Positions 1 to 11,830 of a stretch of 64,000 nucleotides of DNA are shown here, in pieces (within the stretch, counting starts at the first letter, position 1; every line of letters begins with the position of its first letter). This stretch comes from Camelus ferus (lineage: Eukaryota): contig NC_045696.1 of the NCBI RefSeq assembly GCF_009834535.1, forward strand, positions 115,012,001 to 115,076,000. The letters run 5' to 3'. Under the pieces are notes generated by a model. It searched no databases. It worked only from the letters and a program-made list of their open reading frames with translations, and was not told where the DNA came from. A program made the position numbers and the translations under genes.

Positions 1-318
1 TTTTCTTTTCTTCACGATGTTTCATAATCCCCATCTAATTTTCAACCCATTCCGTTGCATCTTGCATTCCGGTCTTATCTTTCTTTTCTTGTTTCCAAAA
101 GTTCTTGCTTTCCTAAAATATATTAAGAAAGTAAACAAATAACTTTTTCCCCAGTTTTTATCAGTACTATTTTAAACATATTTTTTTGCCTCTTCATGTT
201 GAATATAATGTCCTCTGTTCTTTAAAATTTTTGCCCTTTCACAGGCCCCTTGTTGTTTTTATTTCCATGGTTTGTTTTCCTTCCATGAGAAAAAGTCTTT
301 CTGGGCCTGTTGTTCCGG

Positions 319-654
319 TTTTTTTTTCTTTTTTTAAATTTATTTTTATTGAATTACAGTTGATCTACAATTCTGTGTTAACTTCAGGTGTACAGCAAAG
401 CAATTCAGTTATACATAAACATATACTTTTTTTTTCAGATTCTTTTCCATTACAGCTCATTACAAGAAATTGAATATAGTTCCCTGTGCTCTACAGTAGG
501 TCCTTGTTGTTTATCTATTTTATATACAATAATGTGTGTCTGTTAACCCCAAACTCCTAATTTATCCCTTCCCCACTCTTTCCCCTTTGGTGACCATAGT
601 TTGTTTTCTATGCCTGTGACCCTGTTTCTGTTTTGTAAATAAGTTCATTTGTCT
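319..654 (-). mobile_element. L1 (LINE-1) 3' end, cetartiodactyl-type, 5'-truncated
   Basis: T-tract followed by the reverse of the L1 3'UTR (ttcaggtgtacagcaaag...tagttccctgtgct...aaataagttcatttg); matches other L1 3' ends in this window. Confidence 0.85.
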
Positions 655-1383
655 TAACTTTTGAACAGCCTGAGTCTCTGGCCAAACCTGTGGTTCCGGA
701 GCCAAGGCTGGGCATGGGAAGAGAGGGGCGCTGGCCCACGGAAAGGAAATCAGAAGTAAGAGAAGAAAGCGGGGGCGAGAACTGGATCCACCCTGAAAGT
801 TCTACAGCAAATGCTCGTCAGGCCGTAGGTGGTGGTGAAGACTGGAGGGGGGGGCGGTCATGTGGGGATCTCTTATTTAGGTCTTTGCCCCGGGGAGGGG
901 GAGGGCAGAGCTTAAACTGTCCAAGAAAAAGCCCCACTGGGAAGCCAGCAGCTGAGAACCCGTAAGTCAAGGAGCAACACTGTGCCTCTTTCCATGTTCA
1001 TCTTCTGTCGGTGCTGGGCCAGCCAACACTGGCCCTGCGTGGAGGGGAGCTCACCACGGGCTTGGAGCGGAGAAGGAGCCTGTCATCACACTTAAACAGA
1101 TCAATGACAGTACAAACTAGCAGGTGCTTTGAAGAAGGAGGGAGCAAATGATTTGAAGGAAATAAAACTTGGGGGAGTACTGACAACCCTGCAGAGGAAA
1201 GGGTCATTTGCTGGGTTATGAGAGCCGAGCCTGTGGAGGGGAAGTGCCTTCTGTGTCGAAGGGGCTATATGCACAACACGGCATCCTATTTCAGGGCTGG
1301 AATCCACTTCCACAACATTTCTTCGTAGCTTTTTGTCCCAAGTCCTCGTGGTTCATATAACCTCCAGTTACATGGCTCCGCCC

Positions 1384-1518
1384 TTTTATTTATTTATTTA
1401 TTTGTTTGTTTGTTTGTTTATTATTGAAGTGTAGTTGATTTACAATGTTAGTTTCAGGTGTACAGCAAAGCAATTCAGTTATACATAAACATATACTTTT
1501 TTTTTCAGATTCTTTTTT
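1384..1518 (-). mobile_element. very short L1 3'-terminal fragment with (TTTA)n/(TTTG)n tail
   Basis: Same 3'UTR terminus as 319-654; 1453-1516 is identical to 383-446. Confidence 0.8.
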
Positions 1519-2974
1519 GTTTGTTTTCAGCCTTTTTGTTTTAAATTTCTTTTTTTAAAAAACCAGAAATTTGCAGTCTCCATTTAACATCTTGATCCTT
1601 TTGTTAAAATATAATTCCCAAAAGGTAAAATCATGATTGTCGGGCAAATACGGAACGAACCTGTGGAATCTTTTATGTCATTTAACCCATTAGTTAAAGA
1701 TACAAGAAGTAAGATGTCATGACTAAGTCAGAGAGCATCTGAAAAATTAGTTATATAGGACTATTTGACAAAGACATATTAGGTTAAGATAGTTGAGAAA
1801 AAATTTTTTTTAATTACTGGTTGGCGTCCAAAAGGCCATACATTTTGGAATTATCTGCTTCAGGAAAAAAAAAAAAAAAAACTTGGACCTCTTTGAGACA
1901 AAAATCATTAAGTGAACAAGTAAACCGGTGACTTCGCTAAGTTTGAGACTCTTAATCGACCGTAAATCAGTGCTGAGCTGAGCATATTCCTGTAGATTGT
2001 CTTTGACCTCTGTCCCCAGATGACACTGAAATGATATGCTACCACCTTTGCACATTGTGTCCAAGTTTGAGATAATTTTTCTGATGCTGTGGACTTCTAT
2101 CATCTGTTTTCCCAACTTTACAGTTTTTTCACCAGCCTCAGAGGGGTTTAGATTCCCTGGGCAAATCCATTATTCTATCAGCCCTTCGTAGGTTGAGAAG
2201 TGCACCCTGGCTTGAAATTGAGAAAGATCGCCTGACGCTGACAAGTTAAAGTACGTGAATAAATGCAGCCTTGGATAAAATTTAGCCTTTACGTGATGAG
2301 AGAGAGCCCTGCTGCCGTCTGTGAATGTTCTTCTCTAAAATCTTAATCACAGCTTGGCTTAAACATGCAGAGGGACAGTGATGTGAAGTTGTCCTTGTGC
2401 CTTTTTCTTTACAAAAGTAAAATAATCAAGACAGGTTTAGTCATTTTTGTCTCGTATGTTAAGGGCCACTCTTGGACTCTGAGTGGGGAAAATGGTATTG
2501 ATGATCAAGGTCCTTTGAAAATCCAAGGTTCTCTACAGGCATAATTTCTAACATACAGCTGTTTCCACAAAAGTCAAAGATGTGTTCAACTTCATTCACT
2601 GAAAAGTATTTTTTACCTATTTTAGATTGTTTGTTAAAATGTTAGTGAGATGAATCCTAGCCTCCTTTCTTTATTTTTCCCTTTTCAATTGTTCTTTTTC
2701 TTCCTAATGTTTTCCCGACAACCCCAGCTTCTGGAACATTCCTTCTGTCAAATCCATTCTACTGAAGAGAAATGGATATATTTAGAGTGTCAGCTCTGTG
2801 TCTCAAGGGGACCGCATTCTTTCATTAGCACCTGTCCTTTCTCCAAATCTAGTATGACAAAAGAAAAGAAAGTATTAGGTAATAATAAAAAGAGAAAATG
2901 TCTAGTTAATAAGAATAGAGCTTCTGATCCATAAGATAACTATGATGTATGTTGTTCTACGTCATGGGGCTTTA

Positions 2975-3065
2975 TCTGGTCTCACCCCTTCATTGTACAG
3001 AAGTGAAAATAAACATAAATCCAGATAGATGACAGGACTTTGCCAAGGTCACACAATCAAAGTGG
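2975..3065 (-). mobile_element. MIR fragment
   Basis: cattgtacagaagtgaaa...actttgccaaggtcacaca resembles the MIR core. Confidence 0.5.
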
Positions 3066-3527
3066 TTTCTTGGACTATGTGTTGTACATACAGTATTACA
3101 CATTTAGGAAATGAACCTTCGTAACTATACGTCTTAGATGTATTCTCAATAACCCCATAGAAATGCACTACATTTTGTTTTCTTGAAACAGCAAGATCTA
3201 CTCTTCATAGTTAATATGCATAAATGGGGATACCAACTTTGGAAAGCCATTGAGCATGCTGACACACTCTTGATTGGTTTGAAAAAGGAAAAAACAAATT
3301 CCAGAAAAGCTCATGTTGAGTGACGATGTGTGTCTTTGAGGGTAAGATAAAGTTCCCAATAGATCTCTAATGTCGATCCCCTAATTTCTCATGACCTTCT
3401 GCTCATGACTGCACAAGTCTGAAATGCCATATTTAATCTCTATTCGTGTGCACCCAGAGCGGACTTCATGGCTTCTGTTGCTTTTGCCAGAGAGGCATGT
3501 GTTCATGGTCAACGTGGAAAGCTGTCA

Positions 3528-3680
3528 TTTTTTTAAATCAACTTTATTGAGGTATAATTTCCCTAAAACGGAACATACTTATTTTAAATGCATGGTTCAA
3601 TGAATTCTGAGAAATATTTCCAACAATGTAACCACCACCACAACCAAAATACAGAAAATTCCATCAACCTATAAAGTTCT
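3528..3680 (-). mobile_element. old L1M 3'-end fragment
   Basis: actttattgaggtataatt...tgtaaccaccaccacaaccaaaatacagaaaattccatca is typical of the L1MB/MC/ME terminus. Confidence 0.65.
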
Positions 3681-4437
3681 GTGTCAGCCATCAATTTTGA
3701 TTTTCATAGAGTGCTCGCTTAGACTCATGGCCTTTTGCCTGCCTGAGAGGGTGCTATTAAGCCAGCCTCACAGACTCCAAGGATCTTTTTTAAAACAGAG
3801 CACAGGTGTGAATGTGACACAATGGAACTTGGGTCCTATTTTAAATGACTGAATCATTGCATCAAATATTGTATTTTGCCCCCGGCAGTGGTTCTTATTT
3901 GAAGTGAGCCTCCTCATACACACATCTAATTCTGTGATGCTGTGTCTGAAAGAGGAGGAAATGCCTTCCCAAGTCCTTCTAATGATCAGTTTCTGCCCTA
4001 AGACTAAAGAGCTTGTGCGTATCACTAGTGACTAAAATGGGTCATTCCTTTTTAGAAGATGACGATGGTTTGGCTCATATTATGATCTCAAGACCTCACG
4101 TCACCGTGTGACAGGTGCAGTCATTTTACAGGTGTGGAACTGCAAATCTAGTCCTGCAAGGTTGTTTATTTACAAATCACCATGCCGGAAACTAAGTTAT
4201 CCTTCCACCAGGCCAATGGTGAACTTTGAATCATTTCAAAAACTAAAGAAATCGGCTAGCATTGATGAGGCTAATTAAAAGACAGATACCATTATAATTC
4301 TGTAAAGACAAAGTGAAGCAGTTAGTTATTCTTATCTAATAATTGTATCACAAATTTGAATGTCTTTTTATTTCAGACATCTTTGCCTTGCTTCCTAGAA
4401 AATCAAATTAAAATATTAAAAATAAATACAGTCGGTC

Positions 4438-4895
4438 ATACTCAGCTATAAAAAAGAATGAAATAATGCCATTTGCAGCAATATGGGTGGACCTGGAGAT
4501 GATCATGCTAAGTGAAGTACGCCAAACAAAGACAAATATCACATGATATCTCTTATATGTAGAATCTAAAAAAAAATTAGACAAATGAATTTATTTACAA
4601 AACAGAAACAAACTCACAGACATAGAATACAAATGTATGGTTACCAGAAGGGAAAGGCAGGGAGTGATAAATTAAGAGTTTGGGCTTAGCAGATACAAAC
4701 TACTGTATATAAAATACATAAACAACAAGGTCCTAATGTTTAGCACAGGGAACTGTATTCAATAACTTGTAATAACCCATAATGAAAAAGAACGTGTACC
4801 TATATATAGATGGATGACAAATCACTGCTGTACATCAGAAGCTAATACAACAATGTAAATCAACTGTGCTTAAAAATACATACATACATACAAAT
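4438..4895 (+). mobile_element. L1 3' end (ORF2 tail plus 3'UTR)
   Basis: tactcagctataaaaaagaatgaaataatgccatttgcagca...ggacctggagat...tagcacagggaact, followed by an (ATAC)n tail. Confidence 0.9.
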
Positions 4896-5719
4896 AGTAA
4901 CCCAAGGAAAAATAATTTTCAGTGACATCAATCTGTTGATTGTTACATAAGCACCACTCATTTCTACTCCCAAACTCTATTCATTCCTGCTTCCTTTCTT
5001 TTCATTTCTTTGTCATTAAAATGACTTTATTTTGTAAAATGAGGACAGAACCTGAAGTCAGATAACTTGATCTATTCCCATCAGACAGGAAACTATTTCA
5101 TGTGGAATGATCAGTAGTTTGAGGCCTCTAAGACCGATACACAAACTTGTGTATCCTTGAAGATTTTGCACTAACTTTAAAGTGAACTTGTAATGAATAG
5201 AATGAAGTTTTCAATGCAGATAGTTAATATATACTTCTACAAACATTTTGAAGTGGAGGAAAGCAACGCTGGGTCTAACTGCGTAGGTAGATGGGACTCG
5301 GGCCCCCTTCTATGGAAGGGCAGAGCTTGAGCTCAGAATAGCAGCCTGTCGCCCAGTGGAGGCGACTCTGACCACCCCTGCTGTTCCCGGAAGCTGACAC
5401 TGGCAAGCAAGCTCCACGTGGGGGCTCCAACACCAGGCTGTGGGCTCATCTGGGCCTTCCTTCCTTCTGCAGAGATCCTTCACCCATTATCAAAGTCTTC
5501 CCACCTTCCTTTTCACCCTCAAAAATACCTGTCAGTCTGGGTCTTTCTTTACTGACTTGTGTGCTAACGCTTCTCATTCACATAGCTTTCTACAAAGCTG
5601 TCTGTTTTGCCCTTTAACACGCTGGTTGAGCGCATACGCATGGGAGCTAAATAGCTGGGGAATCAACTCCTAACTCTACCGGTCAACTGGTTACTTATCC
5701 ATTCTAAACCATCCCATCA

Positions 5720-5875
5720 GGGAACCGTCACTTCACCATCCCTAACCATCGCTTCCCTTACCTGTGAAATGGAGGTAATGATGTACCTTAGAAGACGGTG
5801 ATGAGAATTAGTGGCAATATGTTTTTAAAGTGTACAGCACAGAGTCTGGCATCTGGTATGCTCGTGGTACATGCC
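5720..5875 (+). mobile_element. MIR
   Basis: cctgtgaaatggaggtaatg...gtgatgagaattag...aaagtgtacagcacagagtctggca, MIR core and 3' end. Confidence 0.6.
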
Positions 5876-6289
5876 GGCCTTCGGTATCGCTATGTAATGG
5901 TCAAACCTCCACTGTTAGCACATCCCTATCTAATGTATATATTACCAGCTATTTATGTACTTTTTGAGAGAGACAGGCAGCTTCTAAATCCATTTTAATT
6001 CCCACTTTCCACAATCTCCCAAACTTTAGAGACTGAACCATTGGTAAATTTAGCAATGAAGATTTCAATTTAAACCAGAGTCTAGGGTTTGGGAGGTGAG
6101 ACTGGAAATTAAGAGCTAAACCCAGGTAAACAGAGCCTTCCCACAGATTCCCTAATCCCTAACAGAAGGACAAATACTTCTTTCTATGATGATTATCAGC
6201 AGAGAATTTGTTTTTCCCTCTGGATTTTTTCCTCCTTTCTTTCCTCCTATTAAAAAGTAAAAAGTTACTTTAAAAAAGAAAATAGGAAA

Positions 6290-6490
6290 ACGTGGTTCAT
6301 GTGTAGGCTTTGGAATCAGGCAGACGTGGTTGTAGGAGTTCTATGACGTTGAACACATCCTCTTAATTTTATCATGTACAAATGGAACAGATAACAGGAT
6401 TATATAGAGAATTAAATGGGATAATGCAGGCAATTTACCTAGCACAGCACTTACTACTCAACAAGTGTTAGTCTTTAATGTTATGATGTT
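6290..6490 (+). mobile_element. MIR
   Basis: ggctttggaatcaggcagac...aaatggaa...agaattaaatgggataatgca...tagcacag. Confidence 0.6.
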
Positions 6491-6837
6491 TATTATCACC
6501 ATTCAAGGACAATGTCAAAATTATAGTAGAAAGAGATATAGTAGATATGTAAAAATATGGATCTAGAAGATAAGTGTAGTAGAAAGTCTTTGATGCTAAG
6601 CAGGGCTGGGCTGGTCAGTTCATGTCTCTGAACATGAATGTCTTTGTGTCTAAAATGGAGATAAATGCTCTCCTGAGAGGGCTGTTGCATGCACTGAGTT
6701 ACGTGATGTCCATGAAGCACCGGCCCAGGAATTTAGTAATCACCAGTCCTTATCTCTGTCCAAGTCAGTCATTACAAACTTCTTACCAGGCCTACCTAGT
6801 GAACAAATGGCTCATTTTGCTTTTCACATGTCTGGAT

Positions 6838-7295
6838 GGCCAATGAAAAAATGGATCAGTCAATCCAGGAAAGAAATGGAAAATTTTATTCAAGTCAAAT
6901 TGAGGATTATAACCCAGAAGAGCATCTCAGAAAAGTCTGAGAACTGTTCTGCCCGGTAGAAGTCAAGGCACAGTTATGTAAGTTTTTCGAGGCAGAGGGC
7001 TGTACATTAAATGAAGTTTACACAATCCGGATCTAAGGTTCATGGTGGGGGGTGGAGTCCTTACAAGATCAAGAAGGAATCTTATCTTGTTATCTTGTTA
7101 TCAAAGAGTTGTTTTGTTGATGTTAGGACATCTTTGCTTTTTATGGTCAAGCTATATTTCTGTGGATGGGGGAGGTTTGGTCGATTATAATGCAGATACA
7201 GAAGGCACAGTCGGGGGCGACAGGAGGCCAAAGGACAGAGATTTTTGTATTTAAACTTTTTTTGTCTTGCAATAAGATGTGAATTTTATTTCACA
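6838..7295 (-). mobile_element. solo LTR, probably ERV1 class
   Basis: About 460 bp ending ...tttcaca, which is a TG start on the minus strand; AATAAA on the minus strand near the left end (ttttatt ~6884-6889); imperfect 4-bp flanks GGAT/GAAT. Confidence 0.6.
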
Positions 7296-8379
7296 GAATA
7301 TACGTATATAAATATATCAAGCACAATGACACCACCGTATTAACTACTTTTTTTATTTTTCCAGTTTACCTTCTTGGCTGAGTTCCACATTATAGTTCAT
7401 CTTGAGTGACTTGTCCGTTATTATTTTCCTGTCTATTGTTTTGTTTGTTTTCTTTTATACCTAAATGAGTGTTTATAATGTATGCATATTGCCTACCTTT
7501 CTAATATATTTCAATGAACGTTTGTCTAACATCTCTTCCTTTTTCTTGTAGTATATTCATGAACAAGGGTTTATCATCATCATTGTCAACATCGTCATGA
7601 TGAAACAGGTGGATGTTGTTCTTTTGTTTTGAAGTTGGTTATCATTCTTCCATAAATCTAGTAACCATCTCATTTTATTTCGTATTTGAGTGCTTCAGTC
7701 ATTTGTTTTCTCTTTCTTATTCCATCATCCTTCCAGACCGAGATTTGCCAAATCGTGTCAGGCATGGCTCCAGTGATTTTTTCCCTGATCACCAACATCC
7801 AGTGTTTTCCTTGTTTGCTCTTTGTCAAAACATAGAAAGTATACCTCACTTTTTTTTTTAATTGTCATTTCTTTACCAGTTAGGTTGACCATTTTATCAT
7901 TTTCTTGTTAGCAATTTGCACTTCTTGTTTTGTAAATAGCCTGTTCAGACCCCAGTGAAGTTTTTCAAATGTTGTATCTGACTAAAAGGCAGGGGGTAAG
8001 TGTCTTACCAGCTTCCTAACCCTTTAACTTCAACTGCTTCCCCTGACATGGAAGCTGTGTTTGGCGTTCTATTTAGAAGAACTTCAACTGGTCTGTTCTT
8101 TTGTTTTTGTTTTAATATGGCTCAAATGTTACTGTGTCTTAAACACAATCTTCAACTTTTTTGATTTTCTATTACACAATGCAACCAGTACCATGGGGGC
8201 GGAGAGCATCATTCCAATGGGAAATTTGGTTACAGAGAAGTAAAAGTTCAAGTATAAAGCAATGTACCTTTAGTATATTGCCTATTTCACCAGTGAGGAA
8301 GCAGACAGATTAAGTTAGTTGCCCAGTGTCACAGTCTGATGAACACATATTCACAACCTCCTGGGGCACAAGCTAACAC

Positions 8380-8563
8380 AATGGTTCTCAACGTGTTTTA
8401 AAGGGACCAAAAGATAAACATCATCTGGAAACTTATTAGAAATGCAAATCTTTTGAGCATCTACCCCAGAACTACTGAATCACAATGTCTGGGGAGGGGT
8501 CCAGCAGTCTGGGTTTACCAAACCCTCTGGATAAGTGATGTTTCCTAAAGTTTGAGAACCACT
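8380..8563. mobile_element. MER5A-type hAT-Charlie MITE
   Basis: tggttctcaa...ttattagaaatgcaaat...ctactgaatca...aaagtttgagaaccact, with terminal inverted repeats. Confidence 0.8.
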
Positions 8564-8682
8564 TATCCAATAGACTCTTTTCCCTCCTGGGAGAGACTAT
8601 TGATTTATTGTTAATAGACCTTTGATTTTGTTCACTTCTCAAAAGTCATACTAACCAGGGAAGGTGAGTGAAATCCTGGGAC

Positions 8683-8913
8683 CAAGTTTCTCAGTCTTGA
8701 TATTTTGATATCAAACTTGATATTGATATTTGGGGCCTGAAAAGTTTTGTTGTGATGGGCTGTTCTGCAGGGAGCATAACAGCATGCCTGCCCTTTATTT
8801 GCTAGAATCTAGTAACCCACTTCCCAAATCGTGACAACCAGAAATGTCTCCAGGGAGTGGCTGTTATCCTTCTGGGAGACAAAGAATCTCCTTCTTCTGG
8901 TGGGAATCACTGC
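8683..8913. mobile_element. MER20-type hAT MITE
   Basis: tttctcagtcttg...attgatatttggggcctga...gtgacaaccagaaatgtctccag...gaatcactg. Confidence 0.8.
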
Positions 8914-8949
8914 CCTAGGGGAAGAGTCATATTTGTTCTAATCTGAGCA

Positions 8950-9340
8950 TCATAATCCCACTCCAGATTATCCATGATGGGATTAGAGCCATAGGACCTA
9001 GTTCTGGTCAGTGGAACCTGAGGAGATGACTTCTGAGAGGTCCTGGGAAAGGCTTTTCATTCTAGTAAAATTGGAGATGCACAGGAGTAAAGCTTCCTTT
9101 CTTACTTCTCTTTGGGCACTGTCTTTTGCATATGGGATGCTTGGAGTTGTGGCAGCCCTTGTGCCGTCAGGGAAATGCCCATAAGATTAGAGGGAATTTG
9201 CCACGACTGAAATCCTACATCAATCAGTCTGGACAACAGCCACCATCAGTCCTCCTGTTATTTGATGAAATGAAATAACCTGTTGTTTTTGTAATTGTTA
9301 GTTGGTTGTGTTCCTTGGAGCTAAAACATCCTAAGTGATG
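8950..9340 (+). mobile_element. MLT1 (ERVL-MaLR) LTR, old subfamily (J/H-like)
   Basis: gacctagttctggtcagtgga...ctgggaaagg...gatgcttggagttgtggcagcc...agctaaaacatcctaagtgat. Confidence 0.6.
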
Positions 9341-10159
9341 TATGCTCTAGACTGGAGACATTGCATTTACAAATTCTAAACTATGCAGAAAAGATAACCT
9401 GGAAGTAGTTTATGCATGAACTACATTTTTTATGTGTTTATGTATGAAGTTTGTCTTCCAATGGCAATAAAAATGAAACTCTCCAGAAATCACATTCAGA
9501 TATCTATTTTAGGAACATTCTATCACAATGAGCTGTTTCAGTAGAGAGTAGTGCCATTATGCTGACTTCAGGGGTTTTTATTAGTGAAAATGTGCCCAGG
9601 TGTCCTTGCTGTTCAGTAATAATGACATTTTTTGTGATATTGAACACCACTGAAATGTAATTTTATCTCTTTATTGTGCATTGTTTCCACTTTTGTTTTA
9701 AAATAATTGGCCTCAAAAGCAATACTTAAATACTAGAGAAATGGAAAATTGTACATTTTGATTCAAATACTTCATTATCTAACATTTGCATGAACAAAAA
9801 TACAATTCCAGTGGTCACGATGTAGTCATCTATGTTATGAAAGGAAAATTACAGTGGGTAAAAATGAGCAAGTAAGTTGTGGTTAATACGACAGAAGCTA
9901 GATGAATTAGCTTATTTAAAACTAACATATTATAAGAACAAAAACGAATAAATCCATGTCCGATTTTGATTAGGATTTAGCTCACTCTTTTCCTATACAC
10001 CCAGTGGTAAGATTAACTCCCAGACCTAGTTAGAGTAATATAATGATCACATGAATGCATCCAGATGAAGTTGTGCACACTTCCCAGTAACAATCCAAAT
10101 AATAATTTCAAGTCAAGAATCTCTGTTTGATATTCATTTCTCCTCCAGCTCAGTCACAA

Positions 10160-10710
10160 TGTTACTGAACTAAAGTTTGTGTGCCTGAGGCACAGTGAGG
10201 CCAGACTCACTGAAATGTCAGAGTTTGGAGGAGAGAAAGGTTTATTGCAGGGCCAAGCAAGGAGGCCAGGCAGGTCACACTCAAAAAGCCCAAACTCCCT
10301 GATGGTTTTGGGGGAAGAGTTTTTATAGGCAAAATTTGGGGTGAGGGCAGCAGGGCGTATGACTTCCTTCTGATTGGTTGGTGGGGAGGTAACAGGGCGG
10401 GGCTCCAGGAATCTTGCGCTCAGCCTGAAGTCGCCATCCTCCACCTGCAGAAGAACTTAAAAGTTATTGTTATGTCTATTTCTTGAGAAGGAACCAGGAC
10501 CCTGCCCCAAAGCTGCACTGTTATTTCTTGACTGTTCCTCCTTTTATTCTGCATTCCCTCCCTTTCCTGATTAGCAACTGTTTGAATCTGCCCTTTGGAA
10601 TTCAGGGAAGGTCAAAAAAGGCTGAATAAAGCCTAGTCCTTATTTTAGAAATGGAAGACTCGGGAAGTATTTGTACTGGGGAGGATCCCACAGGGTCCTG
10701 CTCCATTTCA
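10160..10710 (-). mobile_element. complete solo LTR (ERV1 class), 551 bp
   Basis: TG...CA termini; exact 4-bp TSD ACAA (10156-10159 / 10711-10714); AATAAA and TATAAAA on the minus strand. Confidence 0.9.
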
Positions 10711-10924
10711 ACAATCCTATTTCAGTGTTCTGATATCTAGGAAATAAGTTATAAAGTTAGCCACAACCGGCACACCCTATATGAAACAGTAAGGAGGTGG
10801 GAGGTAGGAGAAAGGGGAATTAGTGAACATGTGTAAATAAATACATGACCCAGTAAGGAGGGAGGAAAATTGGGATCGCTGCCACAGTCCTGGTTTCTGA
10901 ACATGAGGTCATAAATACTCATCA

Positions 10925-11558
10925 TGTGAGAGCAGGCAGAGAGTTAGATATGAGCAGAGAAAGGGGGACACAGACCAAATGGCAGGAATTGGGCAGAAAG
11001 GAGGGGCACAGGCCAAATGCAGGAAACCACACACCATGTAAGCGGCAGGGGTCCTTGGGCAGAGAAAGAAAAGCAGGAACCTTGGGGCTGATAAGGGGCC
11101 ACGCCTTTTGGCCTGGAGACCAACAAAGAAAGGTGAGAAAAGGCAGGAATTTCCAGTGTCCAAATGTAACCTTTTGCTCATTATGCCCTCATTTCAATAA
11201 AATTAGCCTTGCAGAACAGAAGTACCCATCATGCACCGACACCATGACACTTCTGATCCAGACTAAATAAGGACAAAAATCCCTCCTTCCTTTGGGAAGG
11301 TGGAGTTGGGATGATAATCAGGAAATATAACCCCAAGCCCTTCCCTCCTCAATGAATATTCCACCCACTCATTTTTACACCCTGTGTAACTAACTTGCCA
11401 AAGAAACTCAGGGCAGCCGCTCACCTGAGCCTGCCCGCTCTCCCCTTGAGAGTGTCCCATCCATCCCTTAATAAATCCTCACTTTATTTTTCTTAACCAC
11501 TAAGTCTTTTCTCTTAATTCTTTCTGGGGTGGAACAAGAACCTGGAACACTGGTTACA
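10925..11558 (+). mobile_element. solo LTR, MER41-related ERV1 family (copy A)
   Basis: Starts tgtgagagcaggcag and ends ctggttaca; AATAAA at 11470-11475; colinear with the copies at 13531-14144 and 29453-30052. TSD is not clean. Confidence 0.85.
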
Positions 11559-11559
11559 T

Positions 11560-11830
11560 CCACTGGCAAAAATAAAAATCTCTTTGGACCTTCTGGACTC
11601 AAAATATATTTTTCTTTCCTAAATATTGTAAAACATTCTATTTTCACTTGATAATAAAGAGTAATCACCCAGGTAACATATTAATTCCCTTTTGCCTAGT
11701 TTTCAGTAGCATGAGTTGTCTGAAATAACCACGTGGCAGTCCTGGGAAAACCACTGTTGTGTTCACTGATCTAAGCATCCTTATTCAGGGTTTTAAAAAA
11801 CCTCTAAGCTAGCAAAGCCCCAAGTGGCAA
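11560..11830 (-). pseudogene. ERV-L dUTPase remnant (frameshifted)
   Basis: Minus-strand peptide pieces ASLEV / MLRSVNTTVV / LPRGYFRQLMLLKTRQKGINMLPG / VITLYYQVKIE / KEKYILSPEGP follow the recalled ERV-L dUTPase order (AGLEV..MLPPGDTT..LPPGHFGLL..KKGVTVLAGVIDPDYQGEI..KEEYVW). Confidence 0.6.

Larger units (their letters stand above)
10020..11830 (-). mobile_element. decayed ERV-L internal region (3' part, including dUTPase), interrupted by two younger LTRs
   Basis: ccacagtcctggtttctg at ~10883 resembles ERV-L internal sequence; minus-strand translation of ~11560-11830 resembles ERV-L dUTPase. Outer boundaries uncertain. Confidence 0.6.
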
